DNA of 36,004 bases from Trichomonas gallinae (lineage: Eukaryota): assembly GCA_008369845.1 (NCBI GenBank), contig MRSU01001136.1:1-36004 (forward strand), written 5' to 3'. The notes under the pieces are model-generated. The model had not been told where the DNA came from. It did no database searches and saw only the letters and a list, made by a program, of their open reading frames with translations. Each line of letters begins with the position of its first letter. The stretch's first letter is position 1. Of this stretch, positions 30,594-36,004 are shown one piece after another. The translations under genes were made by a program, and so were the position numbers.

Positions 30594-31889
30594 ATCGGAC
30601 CTCTCAAATTTATATCAATACATTCAAAAAAGGAAAAGTGTCATCGACCAAGAAAATTACTCAAACGGACACAAAAAAAAAAAAATACAAAAAGAACAGA
30701 TAGTTATATTTTTAATCATCATAATATTTAAGAGTCTTGTTTTTTCTTTAAAGGATAAGTCCAATATTTTTCTTTCAAAATATTCTATGAGCTCAATGAT
30801 TTAAAATTAGCAATACCTCTCAATTATTAATCGTCAATCTCACAATTATTTATCGGTTGAGACTGAAGGCACGTGTAATATCATATTGAGGTCTTTCTTA
30901 TTTTAAACCCGGATGAACAACCCTAAATTAAGAGTTTTTCAAAATGAAAATGAAATATTTAGTAATAGTCATTTAACGCATGCCATCTACATCATGTGGA
31001 TATGTTAATCTACAAGAATTTGGTTATAATAAATTCGAATTTTAGAACCTTATTTTAACAGTCAACTGATCAAAGAGGGGAATTCTTTTAACTTGAATGA
31101 CAAGATTATATATGCATCAATGGTAGAAGAATTCATGCTTCATTTTATCATTTTTAGTACACTTTTGCATGTATCATTAGTGCCAAAGATTAATTAATTC
31201 CATCAAGTTTATCAAATGAATCAAGTAATATAAATGAAACAATGTTTATATTCTTCAAAAAGATGATATACATATATAAGACTCCGCATTATGGTATGTT
31301 TATAGGGTTTGATTATGATAAATTTGTGAAATTTTACATGTCAAAAAATTGTTTACATGGCAATTGTAAACATCTGAAATAAGCGGTTCCAATGATTTCC
31401 CCTTTCAATTAAATTGAATATTTCTATCAAAATTTTCTTTCAAAAAAAAAAAAAAAAATCCACATCGAAAAATATATTAGCTAACAACTACTGTTAAGAA
31501 TACATAGAGTCTTCCAAAGTGTTCACAGAGAAACTAAAAATCAATAGTTCGAATTGAACAATTGCTATTTCAATATATATGGATCAGTTTTCATCATGAC
31601 ATAAGATATAAGAATCCAAAACAATATTTTTTTATAAAGAGGCGAAAATTAGTTAATCTCTTGCCATTCAATTCGTTAGAATTTGTTTGATGCGCTTTTC
31701 TATGTTATGATAGAGATAATATTTTTGCATGTATAATTAATACTATATAGTTAACTCAAAAAACAAATAAAAAAATTACCCTTTCTGACAACATCTGAAT
31801 TATTTTTTAAACCCATAAATCGTAGAGATATAGCTTTCCTATGAGCTATATATAATATGGTATAATTTTAGAGTCTCTATTTTAACTTT

Positions 31890-32330
31890 CATATGCTTTC
31901 CTCTAAAAATACTAAATATTATTAATTAGACAACGCTCCAAAGCGGAATGGCTTCTTTTATTTCATAATTAATGTATTATAATTTTAAAATTCGAAAAAA
32001 TTCAATATTGAGTTTGATATGAAATGATCGAATCACCATTTAAGTGCAATCGCTGTGAAATGTCGTAGATATATTAGCAGATGCATATAAATGACGAAAC
32101 CCAACACGATATAAGGGAAATGTATTTGGATAAATTTTGGGTTCCTGACATTTTTGAAAGAAAATTGCTATTACTGATAAGTTAAAGCCATAATTGCTAT
32201 CTACATCTGGTATAAAAGTGATGTTATACGCATTAATGTGATAACAGAGAGAACAATTGACTCTTGAAAAATTATATATGTAACTGAAAGTGCGTAGATA
32301 GATATCTATAATTAGATATGTGAGCTCCAT
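31890..32330 (-). pseudogene. Possible decayed membrane/surface protein gene fragment
   Basis: A 96-aa ORF is followed in other frames by LNGDSIISYQTQY* and INYEIKEAIPLWSVV*, plus hydrophobic codons. Confidence 0.3.
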
Positions 32331-32513
32331 GTGTTTTCATACTTTAAAATGGCTAAGACTGTAATTTAAAATCCTTATAAATATTCCGATATTAATTTGT
32401 AAATATATCATGCATACTACATAGATATAGATTAAAAATAGCAATATCATTACGAAAAATATAGTTTACCAAACAAGAAAAAACAAAATGAAATAATGAC
32501 TGCAACAATATGC

Positions 32514-33296
32514 TTAATCCCAGAGATTGAATATGCTATTTGCATCATTTCCAGCTTCAGGAATGAAATCGAGAAATGGAATTTGTGGAATATTGTTAGC
32601 TTTGACCTTACATACCTGAGTATTATCTTCTTCTTTCTTTTTTGGAGGCAATGGAGCGAGATTTTCCATTTCGCAATGTTTTTGAGGTGTGTAAAATTTA
32701 GTAATGACATCGTTCAATGTTATTCCCAGATCGGCTGGATACTTTTTAGCAATAAGCTGGTATCTGTATCTGCATTGAACGTCTGTACGACCAACCAAAA
32801 TTGACGCAACTTTAGTCCAAGAATGATCTCCAATATTGTTGACTGTATCCATAAGTTTTATGTCTTCTTCTTGTGTCCATGGGTTCTTATTAATTAGTGG
32901 GTTTAAAGATCTTAACCATCTTTGCGAACACTGTCCTCTTGTTCTTCCTGCCCCGACAAACCTAGAGATGTTGCTCCAGTCATCACATCCGTACTTATGA
33001 ATACCAGCCAGTAGCCTTTTATCTTCAATTGATGACCAAGATTTAATTTTCTTGCCTTTTTCAGCAAGATCATGCTTGCGACCCTCTGGTATAGGGTGGT
33101 TATCAACAGTTAACAGGCTTGATAGCTTATCAATGATGTCTGCCGTAGGAAGAATTTTTAATGTTTGATCTTTTGCTTCTTGATATGATATAGCACCTGT
33201 TATGAACTCGTACATTATCTTCTTGATGGCAATTTGGTCGAACATCGGCACTTCGCTAAGCAATCTATCGCATATATTAACTAAATTTTCACTCAT
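32514..33296 (-). CDS. R2R3 Myb-like DNA-binding protein
   Basis: SWSSIEDKRLLAGIHKYG..WSNISRFVGAGRTRGQCSQRWLRSLNP and PWTQEEDIKL..WTKVASILVGRTDVQCRYRY. Confidence 0.95.
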   Translation of the reverse strand: MSENLVNICDRLLSEVPMFDQIAIKKIMYEFITGAISYQEAKDQTLKILPTADIIDKLSSLLTVDNHPIPEGRKHDLAEKGKKIKSWSSIEDKRLLAGIHKYGCDDWSNISRFVGAGRTRGQCSQRWLRSLNPLINKNPWTQEEDIKLMDTVNNIGDHSWTKVASILVGRTDVQCRYRYQLIAKKYPADLGITLNDVITKFYTPQKHCEMENLAPLPPKKKEEDNTQVCKVKANNIPQIPFLDFIPEAGNDANSIFNLWD

Positions 33297-33599
33297 GAAT
33301 TTAAATATATACGTTCATTCAATTTTTTTTTCAATTACAAAAAATTCTTTGTATTTTTAATTCATCTACATGATGTAAATATTAATATCTAAATGTAAAA
33401 TTTGAGGATCTTGTTTTGAATGGAAAAAAGGAAATAAATTGAAAAGGAAAATTATATTATATAGATGGAAATCATAATTATTGAAAGTTTTTTAAAAATT
33501 GAAATAAAAGTAGGAAACATTGTATTAACTATATAGTGCATTATTGTTCGATTTAAAAATGATTATATTTTGAATGTGAATTCAAAAATAATATGATGG

Positions 33600-35850
33600 C
33601 AAATGATATAAAATCAATTATATAACAATATTACAAAGTTTTCTGAATTGATTTATATTATAAAGAATTTGATTGTTGAAGCAATGTAGAAACAATAAAA
33701 ATATTAGAGTATTAACAAAAGTATTTTTGATAAGAAAAATTGTATATACTTATTCAAAACTTAGAATTGTTTAGTTTTAGAATATTACTATTTTATAGAT
33801 TGGTGAAAATATAATGCTTAATTTATTCAACAAAAATCAAAATTAATTTGGTTTCTTCGTTTAAGCAAGCATAATAAGTATTATTTTAAACACGATGATT
33901 TTTTGTTAAATTTGACACAATTTTTTGTCTCAAAAAATATTCAAATTGCTTTTATCAAATTATTGGTTTTTTCGAAAGATTTGTAGAGGAATTTGGATAT
34001 AGTTGGCGTTGTTCTACAGTTTCTTCTTGTAATTGCTGATAAAATGTAAAATATTAAAAATTTTGAAAATTCGAAAATCTATGATAAAATTTGTTTTGCT
34101 GAAGGCACAAAACTTAATGAATTCTAATGGATCATAAAATAAAGATTAATCAATTGAAAATCAAAATCATTTGTTCTTGCGTCAGGTTTCTTCGTTATAA
34201 ATCCTTCTTTGTAATGAATCTCACCAATAAATATAGATGGAACAATCATCAAAATTGAACATTTTGAAAATTTCGATTGAAAAAAAATCAACCAATAAAG
34301 ATCGTTTGTAATAATTGTTGAAAATGCATTTGTTCATTGATTGAGATATTAAATCATCATTGCGAATTATAATGATCCATAATTAATTTTCATTTGATAT
34401 AAAAAAAATAGAAACATCTTCTTTTTTGATAAAATTTGATTATAAAGTGTATAAATATGTTCATGGATGTTGTACATTCTTGTTTCTTTCATTTAAGCGC
34501 AATAATTGAAAAATTTGATTTATATCTTGAAGGTTAACATATTAAAATAATCATTCATTGACGTAATATTTGTATTTTCGATGAATCTTGTGAATCAAAA
34601 AGGAAAATTACTAAAATTTTGTGTTAATTCCAAATTAATCGATGAATTGATATTAGATGATGACATTATGATGTAATTGTATATTTTGAACTGTATCTTG
34701 CTTAATTCTTGTTAATGAAATACAATTTAAAATCAATTTTTTTGATTAATGAATTCAGTAAAATTTGATATTATAATATGAATATATGATAGTAATTTGT
34801 CCTGATTTTATCATTAATATAGATCAATGGATGGAAATTCCCATCTTGTTTGGAATTCAAATGACCTCTAAAAATTTTGTTAGGGTCTTTCAATTATCCA
34901 TTAATTTTTGAAAGAATTGAGGATTTCAATTTTTGTTTTCAAACACTCAATCATTTGACAGCACAACGTACATGAACAAGATGCATCTTTTATCTGTTAT
35001 GTATTGATGTTATTTTTAATTTCTACTGCATAAGAACATATTTAGTAACGGTTTAATGCTTTTTTTTATTTTTAATTCCTTCGGAAAAATGTTTTGTGAA
35101 TACCATGAATGAAAAATATGTTGCATCTTTTTCAGAAAACCGCTCCACTCCTCTGAAAAAGTTGCAACATATTTTCTAATAATAATGAGCAATACAAAAC
35201 AATAAAATAATCATAATTTTCTTTCAAAATCAATTTTTGATACTATATTATCTTTATCCAACAATTGATTCTTTCACTTAATCAGATCAAATATTCATTG
35301 TTTGATTTTATGTCATTTTTATTTCGCGAAAAATCAAAATGAACGGCGAAAATATAATCCATTACTTGATTAAGTATGGAAAATAAGCATAAAATCCAAT
35401 ATATACCAGTGATTTTTCATAAATAATTTAAAACACGAAAATAATTTAAAATTTATATTGTACTAATATATAGGTATATTTTGTCATTGGAAATTTATAT
35501 CTTCTTAAAAAGTATCTTATCAAAATTATAGTTCAAAAATTGTACACAAATATGTCTGGATTGGAAAAATTAAATTTGCTCTTGATTCGATGAAATAACA
35601 ATTTTTCAAGACACTTAAGAAAAATTGATAGTTTGTGAACTTGTAAATTATTCAATTTTTCGATCCTTTCACAAATGACTTTTGAGAATAATACAAATTC
35701 ATCCTTTCTTTCGTGAATCTTGTTTTTATCATCTGGTACAGTATCTCGATGATTTGGGAATAAATTTTATATTTTTATATCTAGAGAAAACTGTCTTTTT
35801 GATTTTAACAATTCAAATTGTGTTAAAAATGGATTGTATATGCTACTGCA
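33600..35850 (-). pseudogene. Probable heavily decayed gene remnant(s)
   Basis: About 2.2 kb without a long ORF. Minus-strand frames give protein-like runs (QELSKIQFKIYNYIIMSSS, MIVPSIFIGEIHYKEGFITKKPDARTNDFDFQLINLYF) broken by stops and frameshifts. Boundaries are approximate. Confidence 0.35.
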
Positions 35851-35909
35851 TTTTTTTGAAATTTCAAATATAAAAAAATCATAAAAACATATATTAAATG
35901 CTGTCATAC

Positions 35910-36004
35910 TTAAGGGTGCGCTTACACGAAAACGGTTTTTATCGTCTTTTTTCATCCACGCTCATTTTTTAATCTCTAGACCTTTAGGAAACTTCAAAAT
36001 TTTA
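35910..36004 (+). mobile_element. Possible left end of a TTAA-specific DNA transposon (Kolobok-like), cut by the window edge
   Basis: TTAA|GGGTGCGCTTACACG marks an abrupt shift from extreme AT. GGAAACTTCAAA at 35987-35998 resembles GGAAACTTCGAA of the 75-bp repeat. The other end is not visible. Confidence 0.3.

Noticed and set aside
31442..31458. Poly(A) tail of a retroposed insert
   Set aside because: A 17-A run with no target duplication or recognisable body.
19590..33296. Functional cluster of three Myb-domain genes
   Set aside because: Myb genes are greatly expanded in trichomonads and these three are dissimilar, so proximity is expected by chance.
33600..35850. Stop-codon reassignment explaining the broken ORFs
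   Set aside because: Intact genes here end in TAA, TAG and TGA, and the broken tracts also need frameshifts.

Overview
AT-rich, intron-poor eukaryotic DNA with the gene content and promoter style of a trichomonad (Trichomonas-like parabasalid; the organism is inferred). Ten long single-exon genes are present: a divergent BEACH protein, a CARMIL-like LRR protein with a 17-aa tandem repeat, a helical-repeat hypothetical protein, an MFS sugar transporter, a TMEM151-like membrane protein, SMC5, two R2R3 Myb factors, a DOCK-family GEF, and a large Ubl-UBA-Myb...Myb protein. The best-supported non-genic structure is a 426-bp non-coding TIR element (18114-18539) with an 8-10-bp target duplication and several internal hairpins. 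It is inserted into a ~75-bp dispersed repeat whose empty copy sits at 6-80 in this same window. Other observations are a possible TTAA-flanked element end at the right edge, a recurrent TTGACATGTAA motif, and several decayed coding-like tracts. No tRNA, rRNA or CRISPR is supported. All family calls come from reading motifs by eye; no searches were run.
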